DNA from: a virus
Taxonomy: Duplodnaviria > Caudoviricetes
Strand: one strand, 5' to 3'
Length of the DNA stretch: 56,030 nucleotides
Virus record (IMG/VR): IMGVR_UViG_3300022744_000033
Coordinates: 1-56,030 of that record
The translations under genes were made by a program, and so were the position numbers. The notes under the pieces were generated by a model. It was not told the DNA's origin, made no database searches, and saw only the letters and a program-made list of their open reading frames with translations. This document shows, one piece after another, positions 7,367 through 14,586 of the stretch. Within the stretch, counting starts at the first letter, position 1. Each line of letters opens with the position of its first letter.

Positions 7367-9944
7367 TCGTCAAGCTCCGTGCATCCGCCGCATTGAGCGC
7401 CAGCGCGCTCACGACGTCAACACCAAATGTGTGCCAAAAACGACGTTGCATCACGCGGTCGTCATCGCCCGCCGCCTTGCGCACGCCGCCCCAGGTGGCC
7501 ATCGCCTCGCGCAGTTCGGCCTGGGCCTCGGTCTTCGCGTGGTGGTGTTTCTTGATCGCGCCCACGACCGCCAAGCTGGCACCGTGCGGGAACTTGGGGG
7601 CCGCGTCCACGTCGCGCCACATGCGCTCAAAGACCGACCGGTCCAGCAGAGTCAGATCGCCCTCCACCAGTTCCGGCGCGCTGCGGCCAGCAGGCTCCAC
7701 GGCGTGGCCGCAGAAGGGGCATGCAGGCAGCACACGCTCATAGGGCCTCGTGCATTGGGGGCATACCCGCATCGGGATGCTGTCCGAGGCCCCCTTGCTG
7801 GACGACCGTTTCTCGCGGCGGTCCAGCGACCACTTGCGCGGCATGTCCGGCGGGCCACGGTGGCGCACGACGTTGCCCACATGGTCGAGCACCGTGGCAA
7901 CGGTCTTGCCCTCGGCGATGCGCAGCGCGCGGCCAAACTGCTGGGCGTAGAGGCTGAACGACTGGGTGGGCCGGCACATGCTCACCATGTCCAGGCCGGG
8001 GAGGTCGAAGCCCTCGCCCACGAGGTCCACGTTCGTGACCTGCAGCACCTCGCCGTTGCGCAGCTTGCGCAGGATCTGCGCGCGGATGAGGTCGGGCGTC
8101 TTGCTGCTGATGACTTCGGCCGGCACGCCCGCCGCGCGGTACGCCTGGCACTGCTCGGTCGCGGCCTCGATGTCGACGCAGAAGGTGATGCCGCGCTGGC
8201 CGGCGCAGTGCTTGAGGTAGTGGGCCACCGCATCGCCGACGATGTGGCTGGAGTGGACGGCTTTGCGCAAGGGTTCTGGGCTGTAGTCGCCGCTGGCGCT
8301 GGTCGGGACCGCGCTCAGGTCCAGGTCGGACGGCGGGCAGAAGATTTGGTAGTCGGACAGGAACCCCATGTCGATCAACTCGCGCATGGTCGGGCCTTCC
8401 ACCATCCAGTCAATGAGCCCGTCAGCATGCCGGCCGAGCCCCAGTCCGTCAGCGCGGCAAGGGGTGGCAGTGACGGCTAGGCCTTGCGCGTTCGGCATCA
8501 TCTTGGTTGCCGCGCCCCACTTGTTTTCCCGCAGGAGGTGGTGGCAGTTGTGGACCACGATCCCGCCGGCTATGTAGGTGTGAAGCCCAGCGACTTCAAT
8601 ATTGAAGACATAACCTCGTTCATCACCTTCGGCCAGTCGTTCAGTATTTGGTCGTTCGAGAATCTCAACACTGTCCAGCCCGACCCACGCAGAAACTCGT
8701 CTTTCTTCGCGTCCTGCAGCTTGCGCGACGCCAGTTTGTGGGAGTGCCCGTCCGCCTCGATGCCGATTTTCAACGTCGGATTCCCACAGTCGATTTTGTA
8801 GCAAGGGGGTAGCTTCAGCGGATTGCCGCTTCGCATCCCGGTTTTCACCACGCATTGCTCCACAAACCCGAGTCCGCGCAAGTTCGTCACCAGCATCACC
8901 TCGGCGGCTGTCGGAGCCTTGCCGTTGCCCCCGCGCACCTTCGGCTGATACCCGATCGCTTTGAGCGAGGCGCTCACCTTCTCCTTCACCCCGGGTTTGG
9001 ACATCGGGTTGTTGGCCTTCATGCGCGCCGAGGCGTACTTGAGATTCGTTCGCGCCATCGTCTCCGAGGAAATCCTGGACCGGTACGCCGAACTGCACAC
9101 CTTGCTGCAGTAACAGCGACCGACTTTCCTCAGTTGCAGTTCCTGCGTCCTGGACCCTAGGAAGGGCGTCCTGCACTCCGTACAGGTCAGTTTCGGTGCT
9201 GTCTCGATATTCAAGGACATGATCGTCTTTCCGAAGGTTCGCCGCTTCCACCCAGCCACGCTGAGTGAAGAAGGGGTGCCCTGGAGTGCAGTGTAAAACA
9301 TGGTGTCTTTTCGTGGTCACACGCACCATGTTTTTCGGCATCGGGTTGCGGAACAGGCGCACGACCGGCCGCTGCTCAAAGCCGCCGGTTTCCTCGTTGA
9401 AGGCGGTCACGAGGTCGCCGGGCTTCAGCGACTCGATCGGCTTCCCGTCAACGAGGGTGCCGGCCGGGAAGCACTCGTCCTGCACCCATAGCCCCACCCG
9501 CGACAGCCACGGCTCGCTCGGGTTGACCCGGATGAGGGTGTCCACGCTGGCGACCTTGACGCGGGCCGAGGGCTCATAGAACGACCGCCCGAACTCGTCC
9601 ATGTGCAGCCGCACGATGCCGCGAATCGTGGCATCAGCTGCCACGATGCCGTGGCGCACGCCGGCCTGGCCGAGCGCAAGGCTGATCTGCGCGACAAGCT
9701 CATGCCGGTGCGCGATGGCCACGGCCGGGCCGTCGAACTCGCGGATGATGTGGCTGAAGGTCCGGGTCTTGCCCGCGCCCGTGGGGAGAACGGCCAGCAC
9801 GTTGCGGAATCCCAGCGCCCAGGCGCTGTAAACCTCGCTGACGACCTTCTGCTGATAGGGGCGTAGGGTGAAGCCCGCCCCAGGGGTCGGCAGGACCGGG
9901 TGGTCCTTCAACCACGCTTGGGCTTCGTTGCGGATCTGGCTCAC
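7338..9944 (-). CDS. Superfamily 2 DExH helicase with C-terminal Zn finger, containing an intein
   Basis: LRPYQ, PTGAGKT, DE|CH split by the intein, TATPCR, GEGFD, QQFGRALR, CPQC...CPFCG. Confidence 0.9.
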   Translation of the reverse strand: MSQIRNEAQAWLKDHPVLPTPGAGFTLRPYQQKVVSEVYSAWALGFRNVLAVLPTGAGKTRTFSHIIREFDGPAVAIAHRHELVAQISLALGQAGVRHGIVAADATIRGIVRLHMDEFGRSFYEPSARVKVASVDTLIRVNPSEPWLSRVGLWVQDECFPAGTLVDGKPIESLKPGDLVTAFNEETGGFEQRPVVRLFRNPMPKNMVRVTTKRHHVLHCTPGHPFFTQRGWVEAANLRKDDHVLEYRDSTETDLYGVQDALPRVQDAGTATEESRSLLLQQGVQFGVPVQDFLGDDGANESQVRLGAHEGQQPDVQTRGEGEGERLAQSDRVSAEGARGQRQGSDSRRGDAGDELARTRVCGAMRGENRDAKRQSAEATPLLQNRLWESDVENRHRGGRALPQTGVAQAAGREERRVSAWVGLDSVEILERPNTERLAEGDERGYVFNIEVAGLHTYIAGGIVVHNCHHLLRENKWGAATKMMPNAQGLAVTATPCRADGLGLGRHADGLIDWMVEGPTMRELIDMGFLSDYQIFCPPSDLDLSAVPTSASGDYSPEPLRKAVHSSHIVGDAVAHYLKHCAGQRGITFCVDIEAATEQCQAYRAAGVPAEVISSKTPDLIRAQILRKLRNGEVLQVTNVDLVGEGFDLPGLDMVSMCRPTQSFSLYAQQFGRALRIAEGKTVATVLDHVGNVVRHRGPPDMPRKWSLDRREKRSSSKGASDSIPMRVCPQCTRPYERVLPACPFCGHAVEPAGRSAPELVEGDLTLLDRSVFERMWRDVDAAPKFPHGASLAVVGAIKKHHHAKTEAQAELREAMATWGGVRKAAGDDDRVMQRRFWHTFGVDVVSALALNAADARSLTNELLQRVRP
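8547..9473 (-). mobile_element. Intein (309 aa) inserted in the helicase DExH motif
   Basis: Starts CFPAGTLV; block B CTPGHPF; ends VFNIEVAGLHTYIAGGIVVHN followed by a +1 Cys. Confidence 0.92.
8570..9220 (-). CDS. Zn-finger + DUF559/Vsr-like endonuclease nested out of frame inside the intein
   Basis: CTEC, YCSKVC, NNPM, YKIDCG...IGIEADGHSH...DAKKDEFLRGSGWTVLRFSN. ATG at 9220 is preceded by GGAAAG and lies in the +1 frame relative to the intein. Confidence 0.85.
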   Translation of the reverse strand: MSLNIETAPKLTCTECRTPFLGSRTQELQLRKVGRCYCSKVCSSAYRSRISSETMARTNLKYASARMKANNPMSKPGVKEKVSASLKAIGYQPKVRGGNGKAPTAAEVMLVTNLRGLGFVEQCVVKTGMRSGNPLKLPPCYKIDCGNPTLKIGIEADGHSHKLASRKLQDAKKDEFLRGSGWTVLRFSNDQILNDWPKVMNEVMSSILKSLGFTPT

Positions 9945-10225
9945 TGCCCGCGACCCTCATGCATCCGCGCCGCCCGCGCCTGCCGCTCCGGCTCGCCCAG
10001 CCGGTACTCGCACCATTCCAGCACCGCCAGCGGCCGGTAGGTCTGCGTCACGGTGCCGTCAGCGGCGGCTGGTTCGCGCAGGATCGGCAGGGGCCAGTTC
10101 TCGGGGCGCGTCCAGCCGGCGGGATGCTGGCAGGTCACCGGCTGGCGCATCAACATGCAGGTCGTCGCCTCGTTCATCAGGGCGGCAACGGTGCCCAGGT
10201 CGGGCTCGCTGTTCACGGCGATCAT
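9941..10225 (-). CDS. Hypothetical protein
   Basis: Its stop overlaps the helicase start; first gene of the leftward operon. Confidence 0.55.
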   Translation of the reverse strand: MIAVNSEPDLGTVAALMNEATTCMLMRQPVTCQHPAGWTRPENWPLPILREPAAADGTVTQTYRPLAVLEWCEYRLGEPERQARAARMHEGRGQ

Positions 10226-10244
10226 AATTTAGGCGTCCGGGTTG

Positions 10245-10260
10245 TTGACAGTGCCGTCAA
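10245..10260. promoter_or_regulatory. Palindromic operator overlapping a TTGACA -35 at the divergence point
   Basis: TTGACAGTGCCGTCAA between the divergent operons. Confidence 0.6.
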
Positions 10261-10304
10261 ATTTAGCTCAGAATGGGAACTCCTGCAACCCACTGGACCC
10301 ACTC

Positions 10305-10916
10305 ATGTCCCTGAACCTTCCCCTGACCACCCCGGCCGAGCGCCGCGCTGCCCTGGCCGCCCTGGCGACCTACATCGAACGCCTCGATGCCGTCATCGCC
10401 CCCGAGGACAACCCCGAGGTCGGCGCAGTGCCGATTCCCGCGCCCGTGGTGGCCGAGGTCATCCCGACCGCGACTGCCGTGTTCGCCCCGCCGGCTCCCC
10501 AACTGGAGGCCCCGCCGGCCCCCGCGCCGAGCATGACCCCGCTGCCCAACACTCCCCCGCCGGCCGTCGAGGTCGACAGCAAGGGCGTGGCCTGGAGCGC
10601 CGAACTGCACGCGGGCAACAAGTCCAAGAACAAGGACGGCACCTGGCGTGCGCGGCGCAACAGCGGCGGCGCGACCGATGACGCCCCCGAGGCCCCGCCG
10701 GCACCGCCCGCCGCTCCGGTGGCCGCTCCGACCGATGCCCCCGCCGACTTCCAGGCCCTGATGGCTCGCGTGATGCCGGCCATCACCGGCGGCAAGGTCC
10801 AGGTCGCCAAGGTCAACGAGGTGCTGGGTATGTGCGGCGTGCCGAACCTGCCGGCGCTGGCCACGATGCCCGCCGCCGTGCCGGTCGTGTGGCAGATGCT
10901 GTCTCCGCTGCTCTGA
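10305..10916 (+). CDS. Pro/Ala-rich phage replication-region protein
   Basis: GC3-biased codons; conserved-looking DSKGVAWSAELH...KNKDGTWRARR core. Confidence 0.65.
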   Translation: MSLNLPLTTPAERRAALAALATYIERLDAVIAPEDNPEVGAVPIPAPVVAEVIPTATAVFAPPAPQLEAPPAPAPSMTPLPNTPPPAVEVDSKGVAWSAELHAGNKSKNKDGTWRARRNSGGATDDAPEAPPAPPAAPVAAPTDAPADFQALMARVMPAITGGKVQVAKVNEVLGMCGVPNLPALATMPAAVPVVWQMLSPLL

Positions 10917-10918
10917 CC

Positions 10919-12004
10919 ATGAGCGCGCACGCCTACCTGCCGCCCTCCGGGGCGGACGAGTGGGTGGCGTGCGCCATGTGGCCCGAGATGAACCGCCGGT
11001 TCCCCGACCTGGGGGACGAGACGGCCAGCATCGAGGGCACCCTGGCGCATGCCACCTTGCAGGCCCGCATCGAGGGTCAACCCGAGCCGCCCGGCGCAAC
11101 CGACGAGATGCGCGAGGCGGCTCAACTCGTTGTGGACCACCTATCCACTCTACCGGTGCCGACCTGGACGGTCGAGCGCCGGCTGACCGGGACGGCCATC
11201 CACGACAGCCAGAACTGGGGCACGCCCGACCTGATCGGCTGGCACGGCATGACGCTGTACGTGGGCGACTTCAAGTTCGGCCATGGCTACGTCGAGCACG
11301 TCCGCAACCTGCAGTGCCTGAACTACGCGATCCTGGAAATCGACCGGGCGGTGCGCGAGGACGGCATCGACCTGTCGGCGCTGCGCGTGGTCATCACGAT
11401 CTATCAGCCGCGGTGCTTCACCGCCGCGCCGATCCGCCAGTGGTCGTGCTCGGGCGTCGAGGCGCTGGAGGTGCGCGCCGACCTGCGTGCGGCGGCCATC
11501 GCCGCGACGCGCCTGGACCGCAAGGCCACCACCGGCCCCCAGTGCAAGCACTGCAACGGGCGGCATGCGTGCGACGCGCTGCGCGGCGTGGCGCACCTGG
11601 GCATTGATGTCAGCCGCCAGGTCATGCCGATGGACGTCAGCCTGGACGCGATCGGCAGGGAACTGCGGTTGCTCCAGGACGTGCAGGAGCGCTTGGCCGC
11701 GCGCATCAGCGGCTACGAGGAACACGTCCAGCACGCGCTGAAGTCCGGCAAGACCGTGCCGGGCTGGGCGCTGCAACCGTCAGTTGGCCGTGAACGCTGG
11801 GTGCTGCCATCGGCGGACGTCATCGCGCTGTACGGCCAGCAGTTCGCCAAGCCGCCCGAGGCCATCACGCCGACCCAGGCCATCCAGCGCAAGCTGGCCC
11901 CGCCCGAGGTCATCAAGGCCATCAGTGAGCGCCCGGCCGGCGCGGTCAAGCTGGTGCGCGCAGAAGCATTGGCAGCGAAGGCTGCGGAGGTGTTCAAGCC
12001 ATGA
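10919..12004 (+). CDS. Cas4-like PD-(D/E)XK nuclease (DUF2800-like)
   Basis: HAYLPPS..W..C, EGTLAH, WGTPD, DFKFG, Q...YA, QPR, and a GPQCKHC...C Cys cluster. Confidence 0.8.
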   Translation: MSAHAYLPPSGADEWVACAMWPEMNRRFPDLGDETASIEGTLAHATLQARIEGQPEPPGATDEMREAAQLVVDHLSTLPVPTWTVERRLTGTAIHDSQNWGTPDLIGWHGMTLYVGDFKFGHGYVEHVRNLQCLNYAILEIDRAVREDGIDLSALRVVITIYQPRCFTAAPIRQWSCSGVEALEVRADLRAAAIAATRLDRKATTGPQCKHCNGRHACDALRGVAHLGIDVSRQVMPMDVSLDAIGRELRLLQDVQERLAARISGYEEHVQHALKSGKTVPGWALQPSVGRERWVLPSADVIALYGQQFAKPPEAITPTQAIQRKLAPPEVIKAISERPAGAVKLVRAEALAAKAAEVFKP

Positions 12005-12189
12005 TCGACCAAGAGGCACTTCAACGGCGGCTAGCAGCAGCTTGGCGCGACGGCTTCAACGCCGGGGCAGCTTTCGGGCAGGCGCAGGAGCGGCATGACC
12101 CGCAATGGGATTGGGATGGACCGCCCCAGGCTCCGAGTAATCCGTATCTTGCTGAGCGCCCTGTACCCCCGCAGTCAAGGGATAGTTAG
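12001..12189 (+). CDS. Small hypothetical protein
   Basis: ATGA-coupled to the upstream gene; 62 aa. Confidence 0.5.
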   Translation: MIDQEALQRRLAAAWRDGFNAGAAFGQAQERHDPQWDWDGPPQAPSNPYLAERPVPPQSRDS

Positions 12190-12239
12190 GACGTTTGGAC
12201 ACGCGCATGATTGAAGCTCACACCAACCGGAGCCCAATC

Positions 12240-13028
12240 ATGCGAAAGATCACACCCTGGCTTGTCGCCACGTTCCTCACGGTCGCCATCGGCGCGCTGG
12301 CCGCGTCCGAGGCCCAGGCGGGCAAGTCGTGCGGGTGCTCGGGCAGCAAGCCGAGCCCGGCCCCCGTGCCCGCCCCGGCCCCTGCGCCCGCGCCCGCCCC
12401 GGCACCTGCCCCTGCACCGGCACCCAAGCCCAGCGCCAGCCCCGCGCCCTCCCCGGCACCCAGCGGCGGCACCTGGAAGCCCTGGAACGATCCGCAGTAC
12501 ATGGCGACCGTCGAGCGCCGCGACTACCTGCCGCCCACCGTGGCCGTGGCGGACCTGGAGGAAGACCCGCCCAGTGCCGGCGTGACCGAGCGCGTCATCC
12601 GGATTGACTACCCGCCCGAGGTCCGCGTCATCCGCGAAGTGGTGCCCGTTCCGGTCGCCACGGTGACCCCGGTGCTGGCCCCCGTCTACGCCACACACGT
12701 CCTGTTCGACACGAACCGCTGGGACATGAGCCCCGTCGCCCAGGTCACGCTGAAGATCGCCGCGCAGCGGGCGCTGGCCATCCCGGGCTCGCGCATCGGT
12801 GTCGCCGCTGGCCACGCCGACGTGACCGGGAACAAGCAGCGCAACCGTCAGCTGGCGCAGAACCGCGCTGAGTCGGTCATCGCCTTCCTGGTCGGCTACG
12901 GCTACCCGCGTGACCAGATCGAGGTCGTGAACGAGGGTGACGATTCGCCGCTGTTTGCCGGCCGCACCGCGCGGGACCACCAGGGCAACCGCCGCGTGGA
13001 CGTGACCGTCGTGGGGGTGGTCAAGTGA
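12240..13028 (+). CDS. Secreted OmpA-like (peptidoglycan-binding) domain protein with Pro-Ala linker
   Basis: Signal peptide ending AQA; (PA)n tract; LFDTN...GHAD..G....N..LAQNRAESV...NRRVDV OmpA_C motifs; GGAG RBS. Confidence 0.85.
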   Translation: MRKITPWLVATFLTVAIGALAASEAQAGKSCGCSGSKPSPAPVPAPAPAPAPAPAPAPAPAPKPSASPAPSPAPSGGTWKPWNDPQYMATVERRDYLPPTVAVADLEEDPPSAGVTERVIRIDYPPEVRVIREVVPVPVATVTPVLAPVYATHVLFDTNRWDMSPVAQVTLKIAAQRALAIPGSRIGVAAGHADVTGNKQRNRQLAQNRAESVIAFLVGYGYPRDQIEVVNEGDDSPLFAGRTARDHQGNRRVDVTVVGVVK

Positions 13029-13246
13029 AGCTCATCCTCACCATCATCTTCTGGCCCTGGATGCTGGGCCTCGCCGATGCGTTGTCCTGGCGCTACGTGG
13101 GCATGCAGGCCACCGCCATCAACTGGGCGAGCAACCTCGCGATCTTCCTGGTTCTGTGGCCGGCGGGCGCGATCGGCGCGTTCGCAGTGCTGGCCATCTG
13201 GCGCGAGCGCGACCATCCGGTGCGCTGGCCTGGCGAGCAAGGTTGA
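13025..13246 (+). CDS. Small membrane protein
   Basis: Two hydrophobic segments; GTGA-coupled to the OmpA-like gene. Confidence 0.55.
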   Translation: MKLILTIIFWPWMLGLADALSWRYVGMQATAINWASNLAIFLVLWPAGAIGAFAVLAIWRERDHPVRWPGEQG

Positions 13247-13271
13247 CACCGCCGTCAAAACTCGCCACACT
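13243..13271 (+). promoter_or_regulatory. Promoter with palindromic operator upstream of ssb
   Basis: TTGACACCGCCGTCAA palindrome; TTGACA - 17 nt - CACACT. Confidence 0.55.
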
Positions 13272-13311
13272 CAAGTCTCCCTCAACCACTTCCACCCGCG
13301 AAAGAACCGCA

Positions 13312-14217
13312 ATGGAACGCATCAACTTCACCACCCCGGTCGGCCGCCTCGTGGCCGGCAGTCTCTACAAGGGCGCGGACAAGGACGCCGAAGGCCGCCC
13401 CCTCGTCGTCAAGAACGGCCCCGATGCCGGCAAGCCGCGCCTGGACTTCTACCACGCCATCGCCATCGAGAAGGCCGGTGAGAAGCACTGGGCAGAGACG
13501 GCCTGGGGCCGCATCATCTGGGACGCGGGCCACAAGTTCCTGGCGCACGCCGGCCAGATGCCGGCCTTCGCGTGGAAGATCACGGACGGCGACAGCCAAG
13601 TTCCGAACAAGCGCGGAAAGCGCCCGTGCGACCGCGAGGGCTACCCGAAGCACTGGGTGCTCGGTTTCTCGTCGGGCTTCCCGTCGCAACTGTTCACGGT
13701 CGCCGGTCTGCAGTCCCCCGTCCCCCTGCATGGTGAGAACGCCATCAACCTCGGCGACTTCGTGCAGGTCAACGGCAGCGTGACGGGCAACGGCAGCACC
13801 AGCCAGCCGGGCGTGTACCTGAACCACAACATGACCTGCCTGATCGGCTACGGCCAGCGCATCGTGGTCGGCCCGGACGTGGAGAGCGCGGGTTTCGGGG
13901 GAGCCCTGCCGGCGGGGGCGAGCCTCACGCCGCCGGCCGGTTTCGTGCCGCCCCAGCACGGTGCCTCGACCCCGCAGCCTGCGCCGGTCGCCGCTGCGCC
14001 GCAATTCACGGCCCCGCCGACTCCGACACCTGCCCAGTCGACGGCGCCCGTGTCCTCGGCCCCGCCGTACACCGGATTCATGCAGCCGCCTGGTGCGCCG
14101 ACCGCGCCGCCCGCCGGCCCCGTGATGACCGCGAAGGCGGGCGGCGCGACCTACCAGTCGTTCCGTGACGCCGGCTGGACCGACGAACAGATGCGCCAGC
14201 AGGGCTATCTGGCCTGA
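13312..14217 (+). CDS. Putative single-stranded DNA-binding protein
   Basis: Position between the Cas4-like nuclease and the polymerase; TPVGRLV.GS, WKITDGD and GVYLN motifs; Pro-rich tail. Confidence 0.6.
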   Translation: MERINFTTPVGRLVAGSLYKGADKDAEGRPLVVKNGPDAGKPRLDFYHAIAIEKAGEKHWAETAWGRIIWDAGHKFLAHAGQMPAFAWKITDGDSQVPNKRGKRPCDREGYPKHWVLGFSSGFPSQLFTVAGLQSPVPLHGENAINLGDFVQVNGSVTGNGSTSQPGVYLNHNMTCLIGYGQRIVVGPDVESAGFGGALPAGASLTPPAGFVPPQHGASTPQPAPVAAAPQFTAPPTPTPAQSTAPVSSAPPYTGFMQPPGAPTAPPAGPVMTAKAGGATYQSFRDAGWTDEQMRQQGYLA

Positions 14218-14224
14218 GTTCTCC

Positions 14225-14530
14225 GACCGCAGCGACCAGCCCCGGCCAGGGGGTAGACGGATGGTTGCAGACCTGACCCCGAGCGCGACATAGGGGACGG
14301 GCAGGCCGGTGGAAGTCCGGCGTCATCAGGTCAGCGGCAGCACGGAAGGACGTGCCTGAATCCGTTCGACGTTGGCGGGCCTTGTGCCCATCAGCAGGTG
14401 CTAGACGGATACGGTGAACGCAAAGCACGAAGCCGGTGTCAAGCCCGGCCCGCTGACCTGATGGCGAATGCGGGGGCTGACCCGCAGTGACTAGGGACAC
14501 CGGATCGAGAAACCCCCAGCCGCTCGATTC
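14225..14530 (+). ncRNA. Putative structured RNA with a tRNA-like cloverleaf
   Basis: 17-bp stem 14321-14337/14450-14466 enclosing D-arm-like and T-arm-like hairpins; further hairpins on both sides; no credible ORF in ~370 nt. Confidence 0.55.
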
Positions 14531-14586
14531 ACGCCGGGACCGCGCGCAGCACCGGCCGCCATCAACCACCCTCACACCTACAGCAC

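Noticed and set aside
12355-12460. CCCGCG/CCGGCA-type short repeats as a DNA repeat element
   Set aside because: They encode the Pro-Ala linker of the OmpA-like protein with varied synonymous codons, so the repeat is at protein level.
14321-14466. Canonical tRNA gene
   Set aside because: It lacks a 7-nt anticodon loop, the TTCRA T-loop and a CCA end. Retained only as a tRNA-like structure.
14078-14575. 165-aa minus-strand ORF in the ssb-pol gap
   Set aside because: It runs opposite to the surrounding operon, overlaps the ssb end, and has no motifs or codon bias. RNA structure explains the region better.
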